A stretch of DNA of 63,169 nucleotides, the filler included, from Octopus bimaculoides (taxonomy: Eukaryota): assembly GCF_001194135.2 (NCBI RefSeq). It is 7 parts of 7 records of this genome, joined end to end, with 100 filler letters (N's around TTAATTAATTAA, not from the genome) between each part and the next. Parts side by side here need not be neighbours in the genome. Positions count along the whole stretch, not along the records: positions 1 to 22,229 come from NC_068988.1; positions 22,330 to 30,458 come from NC_068982.1; 5 more parts are not named here. One strand, 5' to 3'. Of this stretch, positions 13,287 through 26,439 are shown one piece after another. A model generated the notes under the pieces. It did no database searches. It was given only the letters and a program-made list of their open reading frames with translations, and was not told the origin of the DNA. The stretch's first letter is position 1. Each line of letters starts with the position of its first letter. The translations under genes and the position numbers were made by a program.

Positions 13287-13420
13287 GGAAAATGAACCAA
13301 TCCTTCTGAACATGGAAGATGAACCAATCCTTCTGATCATGGAAAATGAACCATTCTTCTGATCATGGAAAATGAACCATTCTTCTGATCATGGAAAATG
13401 AACCCTTCTTCTGATAATGG
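13287..13420. repeat. 26-27-bp minisatellite, about 5 copies
   Basis: ggaaaatgaacca(a)t(c)cttctgatcat units. Confidence 0.92.
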
Positions 13421-13489
13421 ACTCGATCCAACTGGATTTAATTGGACCCTCCTACTCTCCTGGACATAGCGAATCACAACATATATGCT

Positions 13490-13705
13490 TTTCTACTCTA
13501 AGCACAAGGCCCGAAAATTTTTAGGGCGGTGGGGCCCAGTCGATTAGATCGACCCCAGTACGTAACTGGTACTTAATTTATTGACCCCGAAAGGATGAAA
13601 GGCAAAGTTGACCTCGGCGGAATTTGAACTCAGAACGTAAGGACAGACGAAATACTGCTAAGCATTTCGCTCGGCGTGCAAACGTTTCTGCCAGCTCGCG
13701 GCCTT
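13490..13705 (-). mobile_element. SINE family A, near full length (tRNA-derived head, Meta-like central domain)
   Basis: rc contains gagctggcagaaacg...gagttcaaattccgccgaggtcaactttgcctttcatcctttcggggtc...aagtaccag. Confidence 0.9.
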
Positions 13706-13894
13706 CCCAACCGCAACAGATATCATTAATTTCTTCCACTATCTAACCTATATTTCTCGGATGACAGAATACCCAACTCATACATTGTTCACTCGATACG
13801 TGGCTTCAATAGCTGTGATATCTCAGAAACAGCTATCAGAGACTATCTTTACCATTTTGTACTTTTTACCATTCGGTATGTAGCTCGCTGCCTG

Positions 13895-13964
13895 AATAAT
13901 AATAATAATAATAATGATGATGATGATAATAATAATAATAATAATAATGATGATGATGATGATG

Positions 13965-14030
<66 letters not shown>
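13895..14030. repeat. (AAT)n/(GAT)n compound microsatellite
   Basis: Direct reading. Confidence 0.95.
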
Positions 14031-14032
<2 letters not shown>

Positions 14033-14436
14033 GAACGGCAAATTCCCCATATGCCNNNNNNNNNNNNNNNNNNNNNNNNNNNNNNNNNNNNNNNNNNNNN
14101 NNNNNNNNNNNNNNNNNNNNNNNNNNNNNNNNNNNNNNNNNNNNNNNNNNNNNNNNNNNNNNNNNNNNNNNNNNNNNNNNNNNNNNNNNNNNNNNNNNNN
14201 NNNNNNNNNNNNNNNNNNNNNNNNNNNNNNNNNNNNNNNNNNNNNNNNNNNNNNNNNNNNNNNNNNNNNNNNNNNNNNNNNNNNNNNNNNNNNNNNNNNN
14301 NNNNNNNNNNNNNNNNNNNNNNNNNNNNNNNNNNNNNNNNNNNNNNNNNNNNNNNNNNNNNNNNNNNNNNNNNNNNNNNNNNNNNNNNNNNNNNNNNNNN
14401 NNNNNNNNNNNNNNNNNNNNNNNNNNNNNNNNNNNN

Positions 14437-14820
14437 CAAAACGTGGAACCTGAAGACTAAAACAATACCTATTGTCATAGGTGCCCTGGGAATGACAGCG
14501 AAACGGGCTGATTACTACCTAACTCAGGTACCAGGAAACCCCAAAATGGCTGAAGTTCAAAAGATAGTGTTCATGGGAACTGCCCATATCCTACGTAAAA
14601 TACTGTCTATGTGATCTCAAATTTTAAAACAAACACAATTTTGTTAAGGTTTCTTAAACATTCTCGAGTACAAATCCAAATGTACAAATTCAAATATATG
14701 GTATGTACAAATCCAAATATATGGTACCCTAGGCATAGCACCTACATGAACTTCTAACTTGTCTCTTGATGTCTCTGGGTGAGACTTGGATCCAACTTGT
14801 ACAAATGCAAAACAAAAGTC
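14437..14820 (+). mobile_element. R4/Dong 3' end with (AAT)n tail
   Basis: Open frame KTWNLKTKTIPIVIGALGM...EVQKIVFMGTAHILRKILSM*; (AAT)n from 14821. Confidence 0.92.
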
Positions 14821-14885
<65 letters not shown>

Positions 14886-14944
14886 TAATAAGACATTGTA
14901 AGAAATGGAAACAAAACTGGAAGAAAAGGTTAATGATAATAACA

Positions 14945-15780
14945 ATCTTTTCTACTATAGGCACAAGGCCTGAAATTTTGGGAAAGGGGGATAGTCAATC
15001 ACATCGACCCCAATACTTGACTGGTACTTAATTTATTGACCCCTAAAGGATGAAGGCCAAAATTGACCTCGGCGGTATTTGAACTCAGAACGTAGTGACA
15101 GACAAAATGTCCTTCAGCGTTTCGCCCGACCTGCTAACGATTCTATCAGCTCATCGGCTTAATAATGATAATAATCCGTTCAATTAAAGGCACAAAGCCT
15201 GAAATTAGGAGGAGGAGGGAGGGGACTAATCGATTTCATCGACCACAGTGTTTAACTGGTACTTAATTTATTGACTACGAAAGGATGAAAGGCGAAGTCG
15301 ATCCCGTCGGAATTTGAACTCAGAACGATTAATAATTATTTCCAATTTTTGCCACAAGGGCAGCTTGGAGGAGGTGTTAACGTCTCTACCAGCTCGCCGC
15401 CTTAATGATAATAATAATAATGGTTTCAAATTTTGCTACAAGGACAGCAATTTTGCAGGAGGAGGCGAGTCGATTACCAAACGTGTTAGTATTACTGCTA
15501 TTATCACCACCATTACCGCAGTTATAATCATTGCTTATATTCAGTAGAAAGGATTATTATAATCATTGCTTAGATTATTACTATTACGGCTAGCTAGCAG
15601 AATCTTTAGCACACCGGCCAAAATGCTTTACGTTTTGAGTTCAAATTCCGCGCAGTTAACTTTCTTTTTTTATCTTTTTGGGGCCCATAAATTAAGTACC
15701 AGTGAAGCACTGGGGTCGATTTAGGCAACTAATACTCTTCCCCCAAATTTCAGGCCTTGTGCTTTTAGTAGAAAGAATTA
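14945..15780. mobile_element. Cluster of SINE A copies and fragments (minus 14945-15160 and 15185-15330; plus 15590-15780)
   Basis: Repeated family A motifs. Confidence 0.85.
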
Positions 15781-15829
15781 TTATTACTATTATTGCTCGG
15801 ATTATTACTTCGGTAATTTTTATTTTTAT

Positions 15830-16810
15830 CCATCGCTTTACCGTATATGTTCTATCCATTATTAATGTGTTTTATTCGTAAATGTCACATTAGTAATAGC
15901 AAATCCATCATTGCAATTATCTATTAATATAGGTTTATTACAATTATGAATATTATTAATGGAATTACTAGAGTTACTATCAGTATTATACGTAGTGTAT
16001 TTTGTTATCCGTTTACCCTCATTCTTAATGTGATGGCTATTAATATGATCATTAATTCCTTTATTACCGGTGCACTCAGCTTTAACTGAGTTAACACTAA
16101 GTGTCTTGATATGTATATTATTATGTTTATTTTTGCTTTGTCTATTTTTATTCCTTTTATTTATCCTTCATTTGAACGGAGCTGCAAAATCTTAATCGAA
16201 ACACCCATTATTACTGATTTTCAAATACTTGTAAGATAATATCAAAATTGACTTAGGTAAGTTGTTGTTTCATCAGATTTTCGATAAGAGTGAAAAAGAC
16301 CCGATTTAAGATCTAATTTAGCGTTTAGGAAGCTAGCGACCATAAGATTTTTCTTAAAAGTGATGTCTAAATTACAGCTCCTAAAGAACTTTCTTAGTTT
16401 ATTCCTAGTTCCTTCAATGTCAATTTTACTGCTGCTCAAGATAAATAAAGCGTCATCCTTATATGAACCACCGGCTAGTTTGGATAAAACTTCGTGCAGA
16501 GAATGCGATAGATAGATACCAACGTGATCAGTGACCGAAGTAAAATCACTGGATCCCATCGTTATATCAAAATTGTTTGGTCTATTATTCCATAACTTTC
16601 CCTCAAATTCAATAATAGTACGTCAAGATAGTTGTAAAATGTCAATGTGATTCTTAGTAAGAGAGAAATTCTTCCTAGAGAAAATATGGGCCTTATTGAG
16701 AAGTAAAGGTGAAATGCTGGAATAGAACGAATTTATATTAAATCGAATAAAAGTGTACATTATAACCGAGAACCAGCGTATGACTTCACTAGTAGTTGAT
16801 CAAATGTTGA
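15830..16810 (-). mobile_element. Penelope-like element reverse transcriptase fragment, decayed
   Basis: FIRFNINSFYSSISPLLLNKA, NFDITMGSSD..VGIYL, GSYKDD, ASFLNAKLDLKSGLFHSYRK match the PLE RT motifs (FDI..FYPSI, FDVTMGS, LYRDD, FLDV.LDL..G.Y.PYRKP). Confidence 0.88.
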
Positions 16811-17074
16811 AAGAAATGGCAGTAGAGAAAGAAAGACCATATGATGAAAGAAAAAAAGTGGCAGTAGAAAAGGATATTTAGTATTTACTCGTTCAGTGCA
16901 GCCCTATAACTGTAATCTGCAAATTACCCCACGAGTATCACAATTGATGTTATCCAAAGTTGATTTGGGTATAATTTTATAGTTCTTGCGTAAATGCTTT
17001 AGAAGATTTGAACCTGTATTTCAACCTGTACCGCAATGTTATTCTAAATGAATTACATGCGAACAAGTATAGGA

Positions 17075-17134
17075 ATATATATGTGTGTGTGTGTGTGTAT
17101 GTGTGTGTGTGTATGTGCGTGTGTGTCTCTGTGT

Positions 17135-17171
<37 letters not shown>

Positions 17172-17275
17172 CTTGTGCATACGTACGTACGCATGTATGT
17201 ATGTATGTATGTATGCATGTATGTATGTATGGATGGATGGATGGATTGATGGATGGATGGATGGATAGATGGATG
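17075..17275. repeat. (TG)n/(ATGT)n/(GGAT)n compound microsatellite
   Basis: Direct reading. Confidence 0.95.
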
Positions 17276-18447
17276 TTTTGGTATATGTATATTGTGTAGA
17301 TGTATGTATGTAATATAAAGTCTGTGTGTTCTAAAGTCAGATAAGTGGCGACAAACTAGTCTACTTAACGCTTTGTCTGGTGTCTTATCTGTACCACTTC
17401 CTTGGTTGCCTGCAGATTTTTACATTTTTGTTTCATTATTTTAACTTTTCATTTATTATTTTTTTTTTTACAACCACGCATTTTCCCAAATCACCAGCCA
17501 GGACTATAAACTAATTAAGATAGCAATTTGAAATATAAGGTAGTTTTGAACTGTTGCCATCGTGTATCTTATCCGCTCCCTCTATAAATTCTTTTGTACT
17601 TCTCAAAGGTTTCTCTTGTTCCACCATGTAGATGGTGAGCGAATCACCTTACGTGTTTGTTTGATTAAAATTGACATGGAGATGGCGGATGGTTTTGCCA
17701 TGATGTAATCTATAAAGGCATCAACAAAATTCTGCCGAAATTGTGAATTTTGAACACCACTTGTCGTCTTCCTCTGCATATGTTCAAAAGATGCACGTAA
17801 TATATATAAGCATAAACAAACAGAACAAACAGAAAACACGTCCGAAGGAACGCAGCAATTTAACGCCTTTAACGATAATATTGTTCCCTGTTGTGGCATC
17901 AGCAACTAGAAGCCACCGTTAAATATCGCGCACACGAACAAGAGACCAAACAACAAAGAGTGAACATACAAACATGACATGAAATAAATACGCAGTGTAC
18001 AATATACATTATACAAACGAAATAATATTCAAGACGAGACGAGTCGCGAATGGACAAGGGACAAATACGAAAGCAAACACGACTGAATGCGGACATACAA
18101 ACAAAAATGAAATAAATAAACAGTAAGGCCTTAAGGCTCAGATATGAGACGAAAATGTGGGTAACGCCAACAAGAGTATCTGAAAGGATTAGAAACGTAG
18201 GAAACAATGGAGATGCAACAAAACGTGTTGAAAGTGGAAGACAAGAAAAACACGACCTGTCGGCTTCTCGTCACTGACGCCATTAAAGAGAACTGACATT
18301 ATCGTTAATGCTGTGATCATTTAGACGATAATTGACGGGGATTTGGCGACATTCTGTGTGTGTTTTTTAGTTGTTTATGCTTATATATATTATGCATGTT
18401 TCTTAACATATGATTTAACGTAACAACACGCACTCTTATGTTGTTGT

Positions 18448-18449
18448 AC

Positions 18450-18521
<72 letters not shown>

Positions 18522-18522
18522 G
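18448..18522. repeat. (GATA)n microsatellite
   Basis: Direct reading. Confidence 0.97.
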
Positions 18523-18805
18523 CGTTATATGTAACAGAAGCATTATTAAACTAAGATATCCATCTCTGTACCATACTTAATGAAATCCATCGCGAGAAAG
18601 CAAATTTACAGTGGTATCCGTTCGGTTATGATAACTTATAAGGACCTACTAGTCATATACACCGGCAGCAAATTTTATTTTTACAAAATGTTGAAACTAT
18701 TTATACTCAATAAATTATATGTCGAGAGCAGATTTCAAATGGATAAATCCAGTTTTTAGGTTCCACTTTGTAGCTTGGGTTCAAAAGTTTTCAGCCTGCT
18801 TCATG

Positions 18806-19460
18806 GGAATATTTCACTTTACTGTCTTATATTTTTGTACATTCCAGGCTTTATATCAATGACTTGTAGGGACGTGGTATATCATTATACAACCATAATA
18901 TACTATAAAATATATTAAACGTTTTTATAAATCTGAACCGTGCTCTATTGTGTTAGCAGTGCACTTTACATAACTTAAGGTTATCTCTACAGATATTCTA
19001 TAGAAATTAAACAGCACCGATTTTTGTTACACTTCGTATCTCAGACGTCAGAAGATGAAAGAAAGGGTAATGAGCGTATATCTGTAGAGATAACCTTAAT
19101 AAGAGACGTAAAGCGCGCTGTTAATACAGTAGAAGACGGTATTGAATTATAAAAATAATGTTTGATATACTTTTAAGTGCATTATGGTTTCATAACGAAA
19201 TACCGCGTCCCTACAAGTTATTATTATCTATGTAGCAGATTCCAGGAGTGGGTACGGTATATAAAATTGGTATATCCAATAAAGTTACACCGCTGTTTTT
19301 AGTGGTAATTTAAGCAATATGGTCATGGATGATTAAGGGGTTTAGCTGGGTGCTGATGAAGGGCCAAAAACCCCTGAAATATGGCATGTGCCTTAACAAG
19401 TGATTCCAGGCTTAATTTTCTTTCACTGAAAATTAATGACAGTAAAGTCGGGAATATTCA
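18806..19460. mobile_element. Inverted-repeat-bounded, probably PLE-derived element with a partial hammerhead core
   Basis: 18862-18880 vs rc 19200-19218 match 18/19; 18816-18826 vs rc 19438-19448 match 11/11; CTGATGA-AGGG..CCCT-GAAA at 19353-19379. Confidence 0.5.
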
Positions 19461-19519
19461 AAAATAAATTTCATGGTCCTGAATAAGTGAAATTGAATAC
19501 TTAGAAGTATGTTAAACAT

Positions 19520-19905
19520 CAGTAGCACGCAAAACAAAATGCTTAGCGGCATTTTGTCCCTCTTTACGTTCTGAATTCAAATTCCGCAGAGGTCGATGAA
19601 ATAAAGCTAATCAAAAACCTGGAGTCGATGTAATTGACTGACCTCTACCCACAAATTTCAGGCCTTGTTTCTATAGTAGAAAGGAATATTATAGGTTTCT
19701 GTAAGGCGGCGAGCTGGCAGAAGTGTTAGTACACCGTGCAAAATGCTTTGCGGCAATTCGTCCGAGTTCAAATTCCGCCGAGATCGACTCCGTCTTTCAT
19801 TCTTTTTGGCGTCGATAAAATAAGTTCCAACTGAGCATTAGGATCGATGTAATCGACTTACGCCCTCTCCCGAAATTGCTGGCCTTGTTCCAAAATTTGA
19901 AAACA
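19520..19905 (+). mobile_element. Two tandem SINE A copies
   Basis: Family A motifs twice. Confidence 0.85.
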
Positions 19906-21393
19906 ATGTTACAGTTTTCCGTCTTCATTCTTCAACAACGTCTTTTAAAATATGAAAGAAGCATCGTAAAAAATAAGATATTTTTATTATAAAAGAAAAT
20001 CATACAAGCTAACAACTCATTTCAAAATTTAAAAAAGTAAATTAGGCTTTTCTTCATTAACATTTTTATATAACTTTTACTTTTTGTCAATGTATATAAT
20101 TTAGTTTTTGCCCGTTGCTTAATCTTTTTGAGAAGAAATATGTTTAACTTTTACATTTCTTAGTTTTTGTCTCAGTAACAATTAATTTTTTCGTCCATGA
20201 AAAGCGTTGCCTGCAGAATTGTAGGCTGGCAAGGAAAAATGCTAATGCAGCATCATTAATATTCTTAATTGATTGAACATGGAAAGGTGCAGGATAAGAA
20301 GCACTGGAAGCTAGAATGTACTGCCGTCGAAGTTGGATTTCAGATTTAAATACTATGCTTATGGGGTTGTTCGGATCGAATAATGGAGGAGAAAAATTAA
20401 AGAGAAAATTAGGATGGTGGAAAGCATGTTGGTAATGTAGTTAAATTTGAAGGGCCATTTTATTTGTCATATAACACTTTGTCATATGTATATCTAATTA
20501 GGATCATACCTAATGGTTTCTGCTGAGTCAGAGGAGAATAAATTAAATTTTTTGCACTTTGAGGAAGTGTTAATCAAGCTTTATAAAGTTGTTGGTTTTG
20601 GGAAATAGTTTCCTGGCTTCAAGAGTCTAATAATGTTGGATTTTCAGAGCTTCATGGACTTAGATTCCAGGCTCTTTGACTTTAATGGGGATAAAATTTC
20701 ATTTCTAAGCGGGACAAGGAGTTAAACCTACTAAAACCTCTAAACCATTTGTCTCCCATTATTTCTTAGCTGGCAGGATGGTACTGTCTATTTGATTCTT
20801 ACAAGGCAAGTTAAATAGTTATACTTCAACTCTAACTCCCCACCACAAGATGAGCTCGTGTTTTTATATGTCTCAATGCCAGCTCAGTTATAGTTGGAAA
20901 AAGCATTACAAATTGTTGGTCTTATTAAAATTTTGAAAGAAAAGCTACATCTCCAATTTATAAGGGTGCATCGACTTCTCCCATTATCCACTGTATCTTA
21001 TAAGGAGTAGACACAGTATAGAAGCTGAGACTTAAAAGGAAATGATAAATTTTTACATTTCTTTGAAATTAAAAGGACATTCCATTTCAATGAAACTTTT
21101 GTTGCAATTCTTTGGAGCTTCCACTTGTGCACTTTTCCACGTTCGCTTAATTAAGAATTTTCTCAATCCTGAATCTGTATTTCCTACTAGTATATATATA
21201 TATATTTTTATATTTTGCCAAGAGANNNNNNNNNNTCTGACAGTGGATTTTCATCGATGAGTTCATAAACCTTGGTTCTTTTCCCTAATACTATATATTT
21301 ATATATATTGATACTGTGAAACTTAATTTAATTTTAATTTTTAATAAATTGATTTTAATTGAGTTTTTACCTGTAATTTGGGATTTTATCCCT

Positions 21394-21424
<31 letters not shown>

Positions 21425-21425
21425 C

Positions 21426-21700
21426 AAGCTTCACGAAGCTATAGAAGAGAATTTCCCAAGAAATTCAAGATACTCTTCGATTATTAATTCCCACTGATCA
21501 GGATAGGGGTTTCTAACACCAACAATTTTTCACAAATCATCTCTTCGCATAATGATAAGTTGTTAAATACAAATCCACTTGATGAAAATAGTAACATCGA
21601 CATTGTTAACATTAATCATTCTCTCAATAATAATAGCAGCGGAATTTATGAAACTATTACAGTCTAGAGAGGAATTACCGAACACACATGATGAACGAGG
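21426..21700 (+). mobile_element. Penelope-like fragment (thumb/linker region)
   Basis: KLHEAIEENFPRNSRYSSIIN-IRIGVSNTNNFSQIISSHNDKLL resembles the PLE motif FPK.H...IFN..TVK+SYS...N...IIS.HN.K+L. Confidence 0.7.
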
Positions 21701-22180
21701 AGGTAAATGTAGGCACCAAAGTGATTTTACATTTAGTAATATGAAATACTGAATCCCCAACCGTTAAATCAAATAACCACATAATTTTATTTCTAAAGTA
21801 ATTGCATAAACTATATAAATAAATAAATAAAAACAATATCTTTTAAAAATAAATATATGAATTAAATATTACTAAAATTATATAATAACAAATTATATAT
21901 ACCTCCCAATATAGGTAAAATTGAAAATAATAATAGAGGTTAATTTACAATTAAAACTATATATAGTATAATTACCCACCTTGGTACTATTCACCTATAA
22001 ATACCCATATTTCCTACTATCTCCTTCCTCAAATCACCATTTTAGTACCAGCAAAAAAGGAAGATATGTATTTGAATTTTTCTTGTTATATATCAAATTT
22101 AAACACAGACATTTTTAGTATGATGTTTAATCTTATATCTCACATTCTGTATTTGACATATACTTGATCTTATAAGATTG

Positions 22181-22229
<49 letters not shown>

Positions 22230-22273
22230 NNNNNNNNNNNNNNNNNNNNNNNNNNNNNNNNNNNNNNNNNNNN

Positions 22274-22285
22274 TTAATTAATTAA
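22274..22285. other. Artificial gap spacer N44-TTAATTAATTAA-N44
   Basis: Palindrome with stops in all six frames; 100 nt including the flanking Ns. Confidence 0.95.
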
Positions 22286-22889
22286 NNNNNNNNNNNNNNN
22301 NNNNNNNNNNNNNNNNNNNNNNNNNNNNNTATATATATATATATTACATATACACATACATACAATCTCACAGACGATTCTCCCCGCAAATATGCACACA
22401 TATATGTGCATGTATATGTGCGTGTGTATAAATAAATCAATAAATAAATATATATATATATATGCATATATACATATATACATATACACACATACACATA
22501 CACACACATGCACACGCACGCGCACACACACACACATATATATAGATATACACATACACACACATACGCACAGGCACATATATTTCATTTGTACACCCGT
22601 TCACTTGTGTGTATACATATATGCACAAGTGGACAGGTGCACGAATAAAATAACATCCAACACGTCATGTAAGTTCATATGATAGCCTTAAGAATTATTA
22701 ACTCCCAAGCTTCTCACACACACACACAAATACACCCACATCCACACACCCACATACGCACGCGCACACACAGAAGCACACACATGCACACGCATAAACT
22801 AAATATATATATATTTACAGGGAAGTAACTGTACTTCCCCATCCTTTTTCCGTTCTTTTAATAATAAATCTCTCGAGAAATCGCATAAC

Positions 22890-23543
22890 TCTAGTAAAAA
22901 ACTATCTGGTTGATTGTTCCATACGGAAAACAAATTAAAACTATCCTTCCGCACCTATTTTGTCAAGCTATCAAAAGGAACTTTCCCATAAATTCTAGGT
23001 ATCAGAATTGACTTCTCCAACACCAGCAACCTCCTGCAAATTATATCCTCGCATATCAACTATATTCTCAAAGGTAATAGAATCTCTCTTAATAACTGTA
23101 ATAAAATTAATAATATTAACGATAATCTCTCCTTGAATAATAATATCAATGATATTAGTCCTTGTAACTGTGGCTCGTATATAATCTGCATCCTCAATGG
23201 AAATTGCAGAATTGAAAATGTTGTTTACCAATGCAAAATTACCTCTGGATCTAAAGAACTCTGTATCGCGAACCATCTTTCCACTTTTAAATACAGTCAT
23301 AAGCGTAATTCTAAAGGACTTAGTAAGCTAATTTGGCACCTCAAAGATTCTAATAAATATTTTTCTTTAGATTGGAAAATTTTATCAAGATCATTTCCCT
23401 ATGACAAAGGGAAATCTTTCTGTCCTCTTTGTACGAACGAACGACTATCTATTCTCTTTTCTGAACATAAACTGGCCAACACCTTTAATGAACGTGCTTA
23501 CAAGTGTTCGCATTGGAAAAAAACCACTCATTTGCCTACTTAA
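22890..23543 (+). mobile_element. Penelope-like 3' fragment: linker plus GIY-YIG endonuclease with Cys/His motifs
   Basis: KTIWLIVPYGKQIKT..KRNFP; CNCG..CILNGNC..VVYQ; LSKLIWHLK..WKIL; CPLCTNE; KCSH. Confidence 0.88.
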
Positions 23544-23759
23544 AATAATATCTACCCCCTCACCTAATAATAATTTCTGCAACTTATCCTTATTCTTTAA
23601 TCTTACTTCCCATACCACCTATTCTTCCTTTCATCTTTTCCTTCCGTCTATCATTTATTCTCTATTTGCTCGTACCTCCCTTTCTCCCTTAACTTTCGTT
23701 CTTTCGTTCCCTCTTTCTTCCTCTATACCTTCTCTTCTTCCCTTGCCCTATGACGTCTG

Positions 23760-23907
23760 TATGAGATCACCATGTCGCGCACATATGGTGGTGATGCATG
23801 TGCCTGGTGTACCCTTATCAGACGGGTAGTCATGATGGGTATACTGGGCTTCGTATATTTGTACCCCAGTCTCACTTTGATGACATTCACTGCTCTCTCA
23901 CTCAATG

Positions 23908-23956
<49 letters not shown>

Positions 23957-23975
23957 TGATGATGATAATAAAAAA
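23760..23975 (+). mobile_element. Retroelement 3' end (same family as 172-391) with (AAT)n tail
   Basis: gagatcaccatgtcgcgcacatatgg...ctctctcactcaat shared with 249-391. Confidence 0.85.
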
Positions 23976-23984
23976 AAAAAAATT

Positions 23985-25160
23985 CATTCCACTATAGGCA
24001 CAAGTCCTGAAAATTCTTTGAGGAGGTCGTTAATCGATTGCATTGGCCCCAGTGCTCCACTGGTGCTTAGCTTATTGATCCCAAATGGATGAAAGACAAA
24101 GTCGACTTCGGCGGCATTTGAACTTAGGATACACAGTGACGGAAAAAATGCCGCTAACGGTTTTGTCCAATGCGCTAACGATTCTACCAGCTTTCCGCCT
24201 AAAGAATAATTTCTAATTTTGGCTCAAGGCCAGCAATTTTAGGGGAGGGGCAAGTCGATTACAACGATCTCAGTTATGTTATCCTACTTATGTTATCAAC
24301 GCCGAAAGGAGAAAAGGCAAAGTCGACCTCGGCGGAATTTGAACTCAGATCGTAAAGACAGACGAAATGCCGCTAAGCCTTTCGTCAGGCTTGCTAACGA
24401 TTCTGCCAGCTCACTGCCTTATTTCAACTAAATATTAAGAACTAAGATTTTCGTCTTAACCTAAAAAGGTAAACCAGAACTGCCCTAATTAAAAACACAG
24501 TTCATTAGCCCTAGATCAGTTCTACTTGATCAAAACTAACCTAGGGCTAAACGGTAAGAGCAACAACAGTTTCCTTATAATTTGATTGTGTAATCAACCC
24601 CCATGTTTTACATCTCGAATTCCAAATGCAGTTAAAGCTTAGATAGCAACTCATAAATCCTATCGTGAATAAACTAAGATATTCGAATCCAAAGATCGGG
24701 TTATCAGCGAAACAATGAATACAAATAAACGATTCTTTGTAATTTAGACTTCATCGAAATGCCAGTAATTTCAAGAAGAAATAGGTTGTTTATCGATGAT
24801 CCTAGTACTCGAATGGTACTTTATTATATCGACCTTGGAAAAATAAAAGGTAAAGTTGATTCCGTTGGGATTTGAACTCAGCATGTAAAGAAGCGGAATG
24901 AATGCTGCAAAGTATTTTCTCCACGGTTCTAACCATTCTGCTGATTTGAAATCGATTTAGGAAAAAGGTGGCGAGCTTGCAGAATAGTTAGCACGCCGGA
25001 CAACATGCTAAGTGTTATTTTTTCCGGCTCTTTACGTTCTGAGTTCAAATACCACCAAGGCCTTTAACACTTCGGGGGTCGATGAAATAAGGTACCAGGC
25101 AAGTACCGGAGTCAATACAATCGACTTGTTTCTCCCTTCAAAAATTGCTACGCTTGAACC
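23985..25160. mobile_element. SINE A cluster (minus 23985-24200, 24215-24420, 24790-24945; plus 24965-25160)
   Basis: Family A motifs. Confidence 0.85.
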
Positions 25161-25856
25161 CTTCAACGAGATGGTTTCCTGTTCAGGGCCGTGTCGTGAT
25201 GTCGGTCATTTTTACCGGATGGAAACCAGATTACTGACCTCATGAGTCTCAGTGCTCAAGAAACAAAAGAAATAAGAACAAGGTCAGCGATTTTGAAGAA
25301 AGAGTTAGTCGTTGCCCTCGACTCCAGTATTTAACTGGTATTTTATTTAATCCCCCGAAAGGATGAATGGCAGAGTTGATCTCTGTAGAATTTGCTCTCA
25401 ATACGTGAATAATCGGAAAAAAAATTATACCACTGCCCTCACGATACTAATAGTACTGGATATCCGTCAGTTTCAACGATAATTATTTGGTTGTTCTATC
25501 AATCGAACCACCTAGTCCTCGAATCATCTTGTAAATGGCTGAACATAAAACAGTCGCGTAAATCTTTGATGCAGTTCTCAGATGTACTCAACGTGACACG
25601 GTGTGAATTACTGGTATAATTCCTCTGACAGTCTTCCGCGCAGTTTTCGGTGACAAGCTTTCACTCATAAGGCCTGGGTCGACCTAACGCCGAAGGAAAA
25701 AAAAAAGACACTTGTCCAAGATGCTCTGTAGCGGAGTCGAACCTCGGATCTAGTGATTACGATGCGAACTTCTTAACCATTCTGTAAGCTACTTTAGCCA
25801 GGCAGCACCCTAACATTTCAACCACCGAACCTCCTTCTCTGTTCAAATACTGCTTG

Positions 25857-26025
25857 GTATTTGGTTGTTGTTAATCTGTTTACAAAAGCCTCTTCTAATT
25901 TAATACCAATGTTATTTCAACTAATTTCCAGAGATAATGAAATCATTAATAAAAAATAATTGCGAAAACTATTGATTAGGATCTCGGTGATTACAAACTG
26001 ATGTAAGTTAATGAAAGATATAAAT
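25857..26025 (+). repeat. ~170-bp segment duplicated at 29371-29537
   Basis: tatttggttgttg.taatctgtttacaaaa...gttaatgaaagatataaa at both loci with few differences. Confidence 0.9.
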
Positions 26026-26159
26026 TCTAAATTTGAAACTCATTCCACAAATGAAATGCTGGTTTATTACCATCATCTTGGATAGACTAGTTTAAGACTG
26101 TCACCGAAGACTCGTTTTCTTCTTTACAGGTTCAACTAAAATCATTTCAACTAAATATT

Positions 26160-26373
26160 GGTTTTAAATTTTGGCACGACGCCAGCAAGATCGGGGAAGG
26201 GGTTAAGTCGATTATATCGATCCTATTGCTGAACTGGTAGTTATTTTATCGAACACGAAAAGATGAAAGGCAAAGTCAACCTCGGCGGAATTTGAACTCT
26301 GATCGTAAAGACGGACGAAATGCCGCTAAGCATTTTACCCGACGCGCTAACGATTCTGCCAGCTCACCGCCTC
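26160..26373 (-). mobile_element. SINE A with a ~16-bp target-site duplication
   Basis: atttcaactaaatatt before the copy and atttcaagtaaatatt after it. Confidence 0.88.
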
Positions 26374-26439
26374 ATTTCAAGTAAATATTAAGAACTATGA
26401 TTTTCGTCTTGACTTAAAGGTAAACCAAAATTGTGTTAA

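Noticed and set aside
13287-13420. CRISPR-like array (also 37615-37760 and 44888-44963)
   Set aside because: The units are contiguous with no unique spacers, and the context is eukaryotic with no cas genes.
17603-18207. Two minus-strand ORFs of about 100 aa
   Set aside because: No identifiable domain or splice structure.
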